Of a DNA stretch of 64,000 bases, positions 1-9,908 are shown piece by piece. Position 1 is the first letter of the stretch; every line of letters begins with the position of its first letter. The notes under the pieces are model-generated. The model was given only the letters and a program-made list of their open reading frames with translations, did not search any database and was not told the origin of the DNA. The position numbers were made by a program, and so were the translations under genes. Location: positions 1 to 64,000 of the forward strand of contig CAVVOB010000012.1 of assembly GCA_963749655.1 (NCBI GenBank), in the 5' to 3' direction. Source of the DNA: Nitrospirota bacterium. Its GTDB lineage: Bacteria; Nitrospirota; UBA9217.

Positions 1-20
1 TCGCAAGCCGCCGTTGATCG

Positions 21-569
21 TCAACAGGCGTCGCAAGCCCTTTCTTCCGGTTCGTAACCGCTGAGCCGGCCCCCGTGGTCGAGCTTGGCCCGGCAGCATT
101 CAGTCAGCATATTCTTCAGCAAGCCGCGGCCCCGCTGGACCCGCGATTTTGCCCCGGAAAGCGTAATGCCCTGCAAACGGGCAACTTCTTTCTGCGTCAG
201 TCCTTCGTAATTCCGACAGGACGACTGCCTCGCGGTAGGTTTTCGGCAGCAGCTGCACCAGCGGCGGGAGGCAATCCGATAATCTCTGCGCGGCTCTTCA
301 GCGGGATCTGGCTCGGGCTGCGAAATCCACTCCGGAATTTCCTCGAAGGGTTTTTGCGAGCGATAATGATCAACGACGGCGTTCCGCGCGATCTGATAGA
401 GCCAGCTTTGCAGCTTTGCTTCGTCCTTCAGAGAATTCAAGCTGACGTGCATTTTCAGGAATACGTCCTGAAGAACGTCGTCAACAGCGCAGTCGTCGGA
501 GATCCTGCGCTTCACAAATGCCCGGAGCCGTGCATGATATTCCTGCCAGATTTTTTCTGATCTGTCCAT
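21..569 (-). CDS. sigZ: ECF RNA polymerase sigma factor SigZ-like (internal compensating double frameshift)
   Basis: Region 2 motifs DDVLQDVFLK and SWLYQIARNAVVDHYR, region 4 EGLTQKEVA..LSGAKSRVQRGR, C-terminal ECC. The middle segment reads out of frame (expected CLPPLVQLLPKTYREAV lies in another frame). Confidence 0.8.
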   Translation of the reverse strand: MDRSEKIWQEYHARLRAFVKRRISDDCAVDDVLQDVFLKMHVSLNSLKDEAKLQSWLYQIARNAVVDHYRSQKPFEEIPEWISQPEPDPAEEPRRDYRIASRRWCSCCRKPTARQSSCRNYEGLTQKEVARLQGITLSGAKSRVQRGRGLLKNMLTECCRAKLDHGGRLSGYEPEERACDAC

Positions 570-610
570 GATGGTCCGCGCCTCGTGTGCCGGCGCGGGG
601 TCTCCTCCTG

Positions 611-895
611 TCATTTATTCAGGATGTCTCCCATCACCGGTCCGAGGATGCCCTTGACCATGGATTCGAGGTTCCCCGCCTTGATCAGGGCGATGCAGCA
701 GATCTCGCCGTCCTTTTCCCAGCTGGTGACCGCGAGCTTGTCGCCGGCCTTGATGCCGGCCCTCTCGCGCAGCTCCTTGGGAAGCACCATCTGGCCCCGT
801 TCGTCCACGGTCACGAGCGCCTCGACGGCGCAGCAGCCCGCGCTCTTGTTCAGAAGGCCGGTGACGGGAATTTTTGTCTTTTTGGGCGTTGTCAT
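611..895 (-). CDS. hgcC: AbrB/MazE/SpoVT-fold protein with two CC motifs, resembling HgcAB-associated protein HgcC
   Basis: GCCAVEALVTVDERGQMVLPKELRERAGIKAGDKLAV..WEKDGEICCIALIKA: AbrB-type VDERGQ.vLPK signature plus paired CC motifs. Family match is from memory. Confidence 0.7.
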   Translation of the reverse strand: MTTPKKTKIPVTGLLNKSAGCCAVEALVTVDERGQMVLPKELRERAGIKAGDKLAVTSWEKDGEICCIALIKAGNLESMVKGILGPVMGDILNK

Positions 896-940
896 GAAAC
901 CTCCGGTAAATCCGCTTAATCAGTATAATCAGATAAGTAA

Positions 941-969
941 GATATACCTGAATAAGCGGGAATTGTCAA
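941..969 (-). promoter_or_regulatory. Putative sigma70 promoter of hgcC-sigZ
   Basis: TTGACA (969-964), 17 nt spacer, TATATC (946-941). Imperfect short repeats (tcagtataa/tcagataag) follow downstream. Confidence 0.45.
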
Positions 970-1585
970 GCGGTTTTTAATCGATGTCGATCAGGTGAAT
1001 TTAATTTAAAGAATTGAATGGACGATCCTGCATTCTGAATCAGGTTGAACGATGCCGCAATTCCTCACAGGATTTTTACCTCAAAACTCAAAACTAAAAA
1101 CTCATAATTGTAGTAGCCCCTCCCCCAAAAATACCCCATCGAAGCCCTTGCCTAATTCTTTGAAGTATAGTAATGTTTTCTTCTGGGAGGCCCTTCTACG
1201 CGCGGTTAGACGATTTTCTTAACTCCTCCCTTGCATGACCGCTTGACCTGATCGTAGTCTGCTGAAGATAATTTTGAAATCCGGAGGCTCGTGTGAAAAC
1301 AAGACTGATCGCGGGAGCCAGATCGTTGACGAAGAAATCGGAAAGACCTTTTTCTGCATCCGTTTCCGATACGATGCAAAGGCATGGAATCGATTAAAGA
1401 CGAACGGCTGGTTGTCGAAAGGTTAAGGATGCTTATGAAGAAAGAGGGAAAGATGCGAGCGGCTCGTGAAGGATTACGAGAACAAATTGTCAAATATCAA
1501 GAAGTCCCCATTTGGGTTGGCCTTAGGATGTCCCCCACTATCTTTCTAATCATAAGTCGGCTAGATCCGGAACCGGAGGTGTACC

Positions 1586-3649
1586 ATGAAACGGCTGAGT
1601 AATATTTGCATCACAAACACCCTCATTATTGCAATTTTACTTTCGCTGTCAGGCTGCCGCAACAAAAACCACGCTCCGGGATCGTTGGTCTCGATCTCTG
1701 TAACGGCAGCAAATTCCGTTATGCCGGGCGGATCAGCACTTCAGTACACCGCAACGGGTAAATATTCGGACAACAGCGAACAGGACTTGACGACTCAGGT
1801 CGCATGGAGTTCATCAGATGCCTCAATAGCCACTATCAGCAATACCGCAGGCACCATAGGACTGTTGTCGGCGCTCGCTCCGGGAACTGTTTCGGTCACA
1901 GCAACATATGGAGATTTTATCGGGGCGAATACTCTGTCCGTGGTCGTCTCCACGGCCTCTTCGGGGACGAGTTGGACGGTGCGGCAATCAAATGCGCCAG
2001 GTCCGGAGCAAAGTAGCGTTGCATGGTCTGGAACACTATTTGTTTCTGTGGGCTGCTACGGATCAATTTACACCTCACCCGATGGAATAACTTGGACAGA
2101 GCAGGTCTCGGGAGAATCGGCAGATCTCAACAATGTCATCTGGTCCGGCTCCCAATTTATCGCTGTCGGATATGATGGTGTGATCCTTTCCTCGCCCGAC
2201 GGAGTGACCTGGACGTCTCAGTCATCAGGTACGACCTTGTGGCTTAATGGTGTAGCCTGGTCGGGGACGCAATTTGTAGTCGTCGGTTGGCACATAATTC
2301 TCACTTCGCCTGATGGAATAACGTGGACACAACAGAATGCGGGAATAATAGCGGCACTCATAAATGTCATCTGGTCCGGCTCCCAATTTATTGCTATTGG
2401 ATATGATGGTGTGATTCTTACCTCGCCTGACGGAGCGACCTGGACACAGCAACCATCCGGTACGACCAGCGCTCTTTGGGGTGTAGCATGGTCCGGGACC
2501 CAGTTTGTAGTCGTTGGTTATACAGGCTCGACGATGCGCGGGGTAATTTTCGCCTCGGCCGATGGAAAAGTGTGGTTAAAATCGACTCTAGAAACACCGG
2601 AGTCACTCCGCAATGTCATCTGGTCCAGCTCCCAATTTGTCGCTGTTGGATACAAGGGGATTTTTACTTCGCCCGACAGTGTGACCTGGACGCCGCAGTC
2701 ATCGGGTATGACAGATTATTTTCTTTGGGGTGTAGTTTGGTCCGGGACCCAGTTTGTAGCCGTCGGCGCTACGATCCTCACATCGCCTGACGCCGTTGCG
2801 TGGACAGAGCAGAGTTTGGTGAAGATTTCGGGGCCTTCCGCAACACTGACTGATATTGCCTGGTCGGGGACCCAGTTTGTGGCTATTGGTGATGTCGGTA
2901 CGGTCCTCACCTCGTCTGACGGTCTTTCGTGGACAGAGCGTGATTCAAGTGTAACCGATTCACTGACAGCGGTCATCTGGTCCGGGACGCAGTTTGTGGT
3001 GGTTGGCAAAGCCGGTACGGTGCTCACCTCGCCAGACGGCATAACCTGGACGCGAGCGGCATCGGGAACGTCCCTTACTTTTTTTGCGGTTGTGTGGTCC
3101 GGATCCCAGTTTATAGCCGTCGGAGAGCATGGTATGATTTGCTTGTCTCTCGATGGGAAAGTATGGGCGCGACAGACATCGGGAACTAATGATTCGCTTT
3201 TGGGTGTGGTATGGTCGGGAGATATGTATGCAGTTTTGGGCAAAAGCGGAAAGATTCTTCACCCGACTGACGGTACAAACTGGAGCTCGCAATCCCTGGA
3301 GTTTTCAGGAGTTACGCCATGCCTTGCAGATATTGTCTGGAATGGAACAAAATTTGTCATTACCGGGACGGCCACTTCCAGTCATGCTTCTTTGACAAGA
3401 GGCGTGACCTATACGTCGTCTGACGGGACGACCTGGGAAGATGGTCCCGAAGATTCGCTGTTATACGGGCTTACATGGAGCGGGACTCAATTCGTAGCCA
3501 TGAGTGGCAGTACAATCTTTATTTCACCTGATGGTTATACGTGGACACAATATGATAGTAATACTTGGCTGTCACTTAATGATGCCGTATGGTCAGGAAC
3601 GCAGTATGTGGCCGTGGGAAGTTACGGCACGATCCTGACATCGCCGTAA
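1586..3649 (+). CDS. Lipoprotein: Big_2 Ig-like domain plus 14 Asp-box/BNR-like repeats (double beta-propeller)
   Basis: Lipobox LSGC; Ig-like segment (LQYTATGKYSDNSEQDLTTQVAWSSSDASIATIS); 14 copies of a ~39-aa unit V.WSG.QFVAVG..G.ILTSPDG.TWT; GGAGG RBS upstream. Confidence 0.8.
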   Translation: MKRLSNICITNTLIIAILLSLSGCRNKNHAPGSLVSISVTAANSVMPGGSALQYTATGKYSDNSEQDLTTQVAWSSSDASIATISNTAGTIGLLSALAPGTVSVTATYGDFIGANTLSVVVSTASSGTSWTVRQSNAPGPEQSSVAWSGTLFVSVGCYGSIYTSPDGITWTEQVSGESADLNNVIWSGSQFIAVGYDGVILSSPDGVTWTSQSSGTTLWLNGVAWSGTQFVVVGWHIILTSPDGITWTQQNAGIIAALINVIWSGSQFIAIGYDGVILTSPDGATWTQQPSGTTSALWGVAWSGTQFVVVGYTGSTMRGVIFASADGKVWLKSTLETPESLRNVIWSSSQFVAVGYKGIFTSPDSVTWTPQSSGMTDYFLWGVVWSGTQFVAVGATILTSPDAVAWTEQSLVKISGPSATLTDIAWSGTQFVAIGDVGTVLTSSDGLSWTERDSSVTDSLTAVIWSGTQFVVVGKAGTVLTSPDGITWTRAASGTSLTFFAVVWSGSQFIAVGEHGMICLSLDGKVWARQTSGTNDSLLGVVWSGDMYAVLGKSGKILHPTDGTNWSSQSLEFSGVTPCLADIVWNGTKFVITGTATSSHASLTRGVTYTSSDGTTWEDGPEDSLLYGLTWSGTQFVAMSGSTIFISPDGYTWTQYDSNTWLSLNDAVWSGTQYVAVGSYGTILTSP

Positions 3650-3774
3650 CAGCCGTAGAAGGGAACGGTTGACATTTGCAGATCAGCGCTGCGGAACCCG
3701 CTGAGCAAAATTTGATCGACCCAAGAGCGGCTCATTGCTGTAAGGCTGCTGCCATCAGCAACCAGAAGGCGGAT

Positions 3775-3872
3775 CGCGCAGAGACGCAGAGGCGCAGAGA
3801 AAAACGAAAACATCGGCATTGTATTAAACCAGAATCATATCCCGCATTTCTCCGCGTCTCTGCGCCTCCGCG
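3775..3872. repeat. Intergenic palindromic REP-like element (9-nt periodic arms)
   Basis: cgcgcagagacgcagaggcgcagaga ... tctccgcgtctctgcgcctccgcg inverted arms. Confidence 0.6.
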
Positions 3873-3936
3873 AAAAATATTTCTGCCTTGCCTTTTGATA
3901 AGAATTTAATTCTTCAGTAACGAAGGAATGTTCACC

Positions 3937-5147
3937 ATGAGTACAGAAGACCCATTTCAATACCATCTTGTTCCAGCCCAGGAGATTTCCCAGCGTGTTT
4001 CAAGGCTTCAGCACCGGTTACAAGAAGGGCCGGTGGATGGCGCGCTGATCCTCGATCCCTTGAACATGTATTACTACACGGGAACGATGCAACAGGGGGT
4101 ATTCTTTGTCCCAAAGGACGGAGAACCGGTCTTCCTGGTCCGGCGAAGTTATGAGCGGGCGCAGCGGGAAACGCCTTTGAAAAGAGTTTTCCCCTTAAAA
4201 GGATTCAGCCAACTTCAGGCAACCCTTGCAGATCTGGGCCTGCTAACAAACATTCTGGGGGTGGCTGAAACAACCCTGTCCGTTTCTGTTTTTAAAACGC
4301 TGGCCAAGGCGTTTCCCGGAGCGACGTTCACGGATATCGGCTCCCTCCTGGGCATGATCCGGGCGGTAAAGTCCGACTACGAAGTGGGGCTCATCCGAAA
4401 AGCCGGGGCACTGCACGAGACGGTCTATGACGCCATCCCTTCCCTGATTCGCGAAGAGATGACGGAATGGGAGCTCGGGGCCGAGATTCACAAGAAGATG
4501 ATGGCGTTGGGATACACCGGGATCATGCGGCTTGCAGCGTTCGGCGGGGAGATGTTCATGGGGATCGTGAGTTTCGGTGAATCAGGTAACTATCCCACCG
4601 CTTCCGTAGGGCCGGGAGGTCTGATGGGGCTTTCTCCGGCCTTTCCCCTGCTTGGAGGAAAAAGAAACTGCGAAAGGGCGAACCGATATTCGTGGATACC
4701 GGGTTCGGGTATGAGGGATATTTCACGGACAAAACGAGGGTCTTCTCCCTTGGCGCTCCGCCCGCTTCGGCGCTCGATGCTCACCAGGTATGCCTGGACA
4801 TACAGGAGGCCGTCCGGTGCCGTCTCAAGCCCGGCGCCATTTCGTCCCAGATATACAAGGAAGTCTACAACGAAATCGTGTATCCCCGCGGTTTTGAAAA
4901 GCACTTCATGGGCTTCGGCAGCAACCAGGTGCCTTTCCTCGGCCACGGTATCGGATTAGCTATTGATGAATTCCCGGCCATTGCAGACAAGGTGCAAACC
5001 CCTCTCGAGGCCAACATGGTCATTGCCCTGGAGCCTAAGAAGGGATTGGAAGGCATCGGGTTGGTGGGCGTGGAAAACACCTTTCTTGTCACCGATGAAG
5101 GCGGAGAGAAACTGACTGCCGGATCGGACGGGTTGACGATTGTGTGA
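3937..5147 (+). CDS. M24 family Xaa-Pro peptidase (frameshifted near 4665)
   Basis: Creatinase N-domain, RAVKSDYE, D.G..Y.GY.TD.TR, HGIGL..DE.P, EPK, G.ENT. Split over ORFs 3928..4959 and 4692..5147 at an A-run. Confidence 0.85.
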
Positions 5148-5211
5148 CCAATCGCGAGCGTTATAATTAGGTAAAGTGACATTTCGAAAGGCAACTGATG
5201 GAGGTACAACT

Positions 5212-5544
5212 ATGGTTACCGTCGCATTATATGTGCGTTTGGAGGCAAAACCGGGGAAAGAGGGGGAAGTCGAGGCGTTTCTGAAAGGAGGGCTGCCGCT
5301 CGTCGAGGAGGAGCCGGGCACCATCGCATGGTTCGGCATCCGGCTCGGTCCGTCGACCTTCGGCATTTTCGATGCCTTCCCTGATGAAAAGGGGCGCCAG
5401 GCGCATCTGTCAGGAAAGGTCGCCGCTGCCTTGATGGCAAAAGCGCCGGAGCTTCTTGCAAAGCCGCCGGTTATCGAGAAGGTGGACATTCTCGCGGCAA
5501 AGCTGCCGGAGGGCATGGAGATGAAAGGCAGGAAAGCAGCGTGA
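5212..5544 (+). CDS. Antibiotic biosynthesis monooxygenase (ABM) family protein
   Basis: MVTVALYVRLEAKPGKE..EEEPGTIAWFGIRLGPSTFGIFDAFPDE.GRQAHL; GGAGG RBS. Confidence 0.85.
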   Translation: MVTVALYVRLEAKPGKEGEVEAFLKGGLPLVEEEPGTIAWFGIRLGPSTFGIFDAFPDEKGRQAHLSGKVAAALMAKAPELLAKPPVIEKVDILAAKLPEGMEMKGRKAA

Positions 5545-5554
5545 ATTTGATGCT

Positions 5555-5702
5555 CTAACAGCTTGTCGAAAGATGTATTGAAGAGCTTATCCGTCATTCC
5601 TGCGCAGGCAGGAATCCAGTGTTTTCAAAATGATTCTGGATGCCAGCCTTCGCTGGCATGACGAAATTTGTTACGCTGGAGCCTTTTTCAACAGCCTGCT
5701 AA
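5555..5702. repeat. REP-like hairpin pair inside degenerate MITE-like terminal repeats
   Basis: cgtcattcctgcgcaggcaggaatccag ... ctggatgccagccttcgctggcatgacg (5592-5663), flanked by ctaacagcttgtcgaaaga and tttttcaacagcctgctaa (imperfect inverted pair). Confidence 0.55.
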
Positions 5703-5851
5703 ACCACGGGTCTCGACTTCGTCGAGACACACGGGATGAAGCCGGGATTTATTTTGTTAAAAACCGTGCGCGGCGAAGCCGCCTGTGGTTACAATGTTCA
5801 ATTCCGTCTTGTCGGTTGAGAGGAATGTTGGAGGGGGAATTGGATAGCCGA

Positions 5852-6783
5852 TCAAGCTGATGCGACACGGTTGCGGCCCATTCGTTTCGCATCATACATC
5901 GCGACATCGGCGGCATGGATCAGTTTTTCAGACGTGTCGATCTGGGGGTCAGGAATGCCGGCGATTCCGATGCTGACGGTTACGCGGTGATCACCGATGC
6001 CGGTATAAGCCTTGCCGGAGACGGCCGCCAGGGATCGCGGCCGGCGGCCTTGATGGCTTGGTCTTTGGTCGTGTTGGGACTCAGGACGATGAACTCCTCG
6101 CCGCCCCAGCGAGCCGGGGTGTCCACCTCCCGGAGCGTGTTCTGGATGACCGTGGAGACCTCCTTCAGGACCACATCGCCGGTCTGATGGCCGAAGGTGT
6201 CGTTCACGGCCTTGAAATGGTCTATGTCGATCATCATGCAGCTCAGGGAATTCTGATAGCGGGCCGACCGTTTGAACTCGCTGTTGAGGATCGTTTCGAA
6301 GCGCCGGCGGTTGAACAGCCCCGTGAGCGGGTCCATGATGGCGAGGCTTTCGACGCGCGTCAGCATGTCCTCAAGCTGCGTGTTCTTCTTCCTGAGTTCG
6401 TCCTGCGAGGTTTTGGCGCGAAGCCGGGCGTAGATGCGCGCATTCAGTTCCGCCTCATCAAAAGGCTTCGGCAGGTAGTCGTCGGCGCCCGCTTCGAGAC
6501 CGGTGACCTTGTCGTTCATGGCGTTCTTGACCGTGAGCATGATGATGGGGACGTCGCGAGTCTTCTGGTCCAGTTTCAGCCAGCGGCAGACCTCGCTGCC
6601 GTCCATGTCGGGAAGAATGCGGTCGAGAAGGATAAGGTCGATCGTCGAGGTTTTCGCGGCTTTGAAGGCGGACACTCCGTCCTCGGCAACGACGGTCACG
6701 TACCCGTTGCGGGAGAGATAGTCCTTGATAATGGTTGCCTGCCCTTTGTTGTCCTCAACAAGCAGGATGGTAGCCTTTGCCAT
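5852..6783 (-). CDS. Response regulator diguanylate cyclase (REC-GGEEF), C-terminal frameshift
   Basis: REC (ILLVEDN, DLILLD..LPDMDG), DPLTGLFNRR, DIDHFKAVNDTFGH, ARWGGEEF. The tail VTVSIGIA..AADVAMYDAKRMGRNRV continues in another frame to a stop at 5852. Confidence 0.85.
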
Positions 6784-7011
6784 GAATGCGGATTGCCTCC
6801 TTGGGGAGGAAACGCGTCATCGAACGGTAAATTATTGCACAACCCTGCATAAAGAGCAAGATATTTCGGGGTGCCGGCCCGCCATGCTCCGGTTTCAGGC
6901 GCGTCCGTCATAAGAATGTACACAGAATCCGAGTGATGCAAAGGGCAGGTGCAATCAAGGTCCGTCGCGTAGAGGCGCGTTTGAAGCAAAACCGGGGAGT
7001 CGGGGCCTTGC

Positions 7012-7527
7012 TTAAGGAGGAGACTGCCGGTCGTGCTGGAAGGAATCGTAGACAGCCCAGGCGATTGCCAGCGCTATGACGATCATTCCCATGCAGAAAG
7101 CAATGTTGCCGATTACGTGGTCCCAACGCAGAAGGCCGAGCTTCGAGAGCAGGTAGTTCCAGTCGTGGATCGTATCCTCGCCGCCTCCGACGGACACGAG
7201 CGGAAGCTCCATGGCCCGGGCGTCCTTTATGTAGACCGATATGCCGAAAAAGTTTTGGCCGGCCCAGAACAGAGAGACAGCCGATGAAAAAAACTCCCGG
7301 CGGAAGTAAAAATACAGGGCAAAGGCGCCGGGCACGAGGAGCTGGCCGAGGGTGCCCCCCAGGACCTGGATGAATTCTCCGAACCAGCTGAGAAGCAGAT
7401 GTCCCGCTTCATGGGCGATGAGGTTCACCCCGTCGAGCATGGCGGCCCCGGGGTCCATGGCGCAGGCGATCCCGTAGGCTGCCATGAGGAGGGCAAAGCC
7501 GAGTTTGAGGTAGTTGACCTTTTTCAT
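7012..7527 (-). CDS. Membrane protein with HExGH motif (M50-like / conserved hypothetical)
   Basis: HEAGH, GGTLGQLLVP, Y.KDARAMELPL, HDWNYLL; several hydrophobic helices. Confidence 0.65.
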   Translation of the reverse strand: MKKVNYLKLGFALLMAAYGIACAMDPGAAMLDGVNLIAHEAGHLLLSWFGEFIQVLGGTLGQLLVPGAFALYFYFRREFFSSAVSLFWAGQNFFGISVYIKDARAMELPLVSVGGGEDTIHDWNYLLSKLGLLRWDHVIGNIAFCMGMIVIALAIAWAVYDSFQHDRQSPP

Positions 7528-7583
7528 TGTAGTTTCCAGTGTAAAGCCTGAGATCAGGGGATCATGAACTAAAGCCAAAGCGG

Positions 7584-7687
7584 TCTCGCGCAAAGCCGCA
7601 AAGAGCGCAAAGAAAGACTTTGACCCCGGGAAGTGCCCATTTGAAAATGGCGCGCCATTCTTTAAAGCACTTTGCATTCTTGCGTGA
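7584..7687. repeat. Intergenic REP-like palindromic element
   Basis: tctcgcgcaaagccgcaaagagcgcaaag ... ctttgcattcttgcgtga; same family as 8354-8442. Confidence 0.5.
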
Positions 7688-7792
7688 ACATTGACGCAGG
7701 TTCCGGATCAATACTTAATTAACCGGCGGCACATTCTTTTTCAAGCCCCTGGATCCTGCTTTCGCAGGCATGACGGACAAATTTCACAATCG

Positions 7793-8298
7793 TTATTTTG
7801 CAAGATGCTTCATGATCGCGTCCTTGTGGAGCCGGACATACTCGGAGCTCGGATCGTTGCCGCACTTCCGGCATTTCAGATCATAGGCGGAATTGATGGT
7901 CTTGCATTGGGGGCAAGAGTAGTGCTCTTTCATTTCGGCATACCATGTTTCGAGTCCCACTTCTTTTCTGCGGGAATGAGATTCCCACAGCTCGATCCGG
8001 TGCGGCGCCAGTGATTGAAATTCCTTCAGGCCCTTGCAGGGATATTCCGCGCAGTCGCCGCAAAACTCCACGCCTTTTTCCGTCGCGCACTTCACCATGA
8101 AGCACATGGTCTCGCAGTAAAAGCACCGCTTTGCAGACCGGCAGCCGTTGCACTGCATTTTTTCAAGGGGCTGTCTGAAAGCGTTGGGCCATCATTGGCA
8201 AGCTTTGCAGGTTCTTCATGGGTCCCGATAAACACGTGGCAGGCGGGGCAGAAGAGCCCGCAGACTGCGGCAAGATTTTTATCAGCATTATGGGTCAT
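7793..8298 (-). CDS. DUF3795 Cys-rich protein (frameshifted)
   Basis: AVCGLFCPAC ... C.GCRS..R..YCETMC...CATEKGVEFCGDCAEYPC, with C-terminal CPQC/CRKC. Split over ORFs 8092..8298 and 7793..8158. Confidence 0.8.
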
Positions 8299-8353
8299 GA
8301 GCAGCCTCTCTTAATTGTTAGAAAGAAGCAAAGGCTTCAACGATAAAAGAATG

Positions 8354-8442
8354 TCTCGCGCAAAGACGCCAAGACGCAAAGAAAGGATTCCTTGCAGTGG
8401 ATTTAAAAGATTTCCTTGGCGCCTTTGCGGCTTTGCGCGAGA
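8354..8442. repeat. Intergenic REP-like palindromic element
   Basis: tctcgcgcaaagacgccaagacgcaaag ... cttggcgcctttgcggctttgcgcgaga inverted arms. Confidence 0.6.
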
Positions 8443-8463
8443 CGGCTTTTCACTTTATCTTTG

Positions 8464-8892
8464 TCAGGCTGCTACGATCTTGTACTCGCTCGTAATTTCC
8501 GCGTTGCCCTTCACCATGGCCCATACGGGGCAGACCGACTCTTCCGCAAGTTTGATGGACTTTTGAACATCCTCGTCCTTTGCGTCCGACGAAGTCACCG
8601 TAAACTCGAGATGGATTTTCTGGAATGACGTCGGATGCTGTTCGCGCCTCGTTCCTTTTACGTTCACTTTGATGTCGGCGACGGTCTTTCCCATTTTCCT
8701 GAGCAGAAGACCGATGGTACCGCCGCTGCATGCGCCGAGGCTCATGAGCAGCATTTCAAGGGGCGTATACCCCTCCCCGTCGCCGAGCGGCGGAATATAG
8801 TCGATGGGGATCGGAGGATGAGTCCTTAACGCCGCGGTATACCCCAGCCTCTGGTTCGTCGATTGAACGGTTACTTCCAATGGAGCCATCAT
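8464..8892 (-). CDS. OsmC family protein
   Basis: PLEMLLMSLGACSG and LAEESVCPVWAM Cys pair. Confidence 0.85.
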   Translation of the reverse strand: MMAPLEVTVQSTNQRLGYTAALRTHPPIPIDYIPPLGDGEGYTPLEMLLMSLGACSGGTIGLLLRKMGKTVADIKVNVKGTRREQHPTSFQKIHLEFTVTSSDAKDEDVQKSIKLAEESVCPVWAMVKGNAEITSEYKIVAA

Positions 8893-8944
8893 AATACCCT
8901 CCTGTTATTCGGGGCCATATCGAAAACCATCATTCGTCCGTCGA

Positions 8945-9376
8945 TCAATCAGCCTGGCCTTTTCCCATGATGAATTTGCCGGTAAAATACTTCTTCCGTA
9001 TCTGTCCCGCCTCTTCGTGTATCCAGCGGTCAAGCCCGATTTTCTTGATACGGCAGAGGTTGTAAAGCTTTATATTGTGCGGCAACTGCGCGGCTTTGTC
9101 CGCCGTAGGCGCAAGATAAGCGCACGGGAAATCGCTGCAGTCGCTGCAAAATTGCACGCCTTTTGCCTTGACACAATCCAGGGTTGCGCACCCCTCCGGG
9201 AGATGGAAATGCTTCCCGTCCTGTTTGCGGCAACCCTTGCAGGCTATATCCTTTTTCGGTACTCCCAGTTGGACGTGCAGTGACTCGGCAAGCGCGTCCG
9301 TCAAATTGTCTTCGTGAATGTCGCAAAGAAAGCAGGGCAAGCCACAGGGCGCTGTAAGGTCCCTTTTTTTCTGCAT
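8945..9376 (-). CDS. DUF3795 Cys-rich protein
   Basis: TAPCGLPCFLC..CKGCR..CATLDCVKAKGVQFCSDCSDFPC..L.P.AD.A..LPHNIK. Confidence 0.85.
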   Translation of the reverse strand: MQKKRDLTAPCGLPCFLCDIHEDNLTDALAESLHVQLGVPKKDIACKGCRKQDGKHFHLPEGCATLDCVKAKGVQFCSDCSDFPCAYLAPTADKAAQLPHNIKLYNLCRIKKIGLDRWIHEEAGQIRKKYFTGKFIMGKGQAD

Positions 9377-9410
9377 GACGCCTCCTTAGTTTATTTTGAT
9401 GGGATTCCCA

Positions 9411-9839
9411 TTAAAGCTGCGGACCTTTGCCGATTACCATTTTGCCGCGGTAATATCGCTGCTTGATCTCGGGCTCTTTCTCCAGGTACTTCGCCACGCC
9501 GTGCTGTTTTATATAGGAAAGGGCAAACATCTTGATGTTGTGCGGCAGGACATCGGCCCGGTCCGACGCCGGGTTCAGTTTTGCGCAGGGGAAATCCTTG
9601 CATTCAAAACAGAAGTCGTGACCCTTGGCGCTCACGCAGCCGTAGGTCGCGCAGGTTCCCTCGATCAGCTGGTGCTTTCCCTTGGCCGATCTGCACCCCG
9701 GGCAGGGGACGCCGTTCCAGTTGATCCTTTTGACCAGGCTTTCCCGCAGGGACGGGTCGTCCTTGACTTTGTACATCGGGCAGGCGCCGCAGTGGATCCC
9801 ACAGGGCGCGACGAGCGAAATGTCGTCCTTTGTCTTCAT
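9411..9839 (-). CDS. DUF3795 Cys-rich protein
   Basis: APCGIHCGAC..CPGCR..CATYGCVSAKGHDFCFECKDFPC..PHNIK; paralog of 8945..9376. Confidence 0.85.
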   Translation of the reverse strand: MKTKDDISLVAPCGIHCGACPMYKVKDDPSLRESLVKRINWNGVPCPGCRSAKGKHQLIEGTCATYGCVSAKGHDFCFECKDFPCAKLNPASDRADVLPHNIKMFALSYIKQHGVAKYLEKEPEIKQRYYRGKMVIGKGPQL

Positions 9840-9908
9840 GGAAAAATCCTCCTTTTAGGTTTTGTCTGCCAGTTAGACCGGCCCGGAGGAGAAAGGTTAC
9901 AGAAAAAA

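Noticed and set aside
1206-1602. Short ORFs in the AT-rich gap upstream of the propeller lipoprotein
   Set aside because: No recognisable domain or convincing RBS; treated as intergenic or degenerate.
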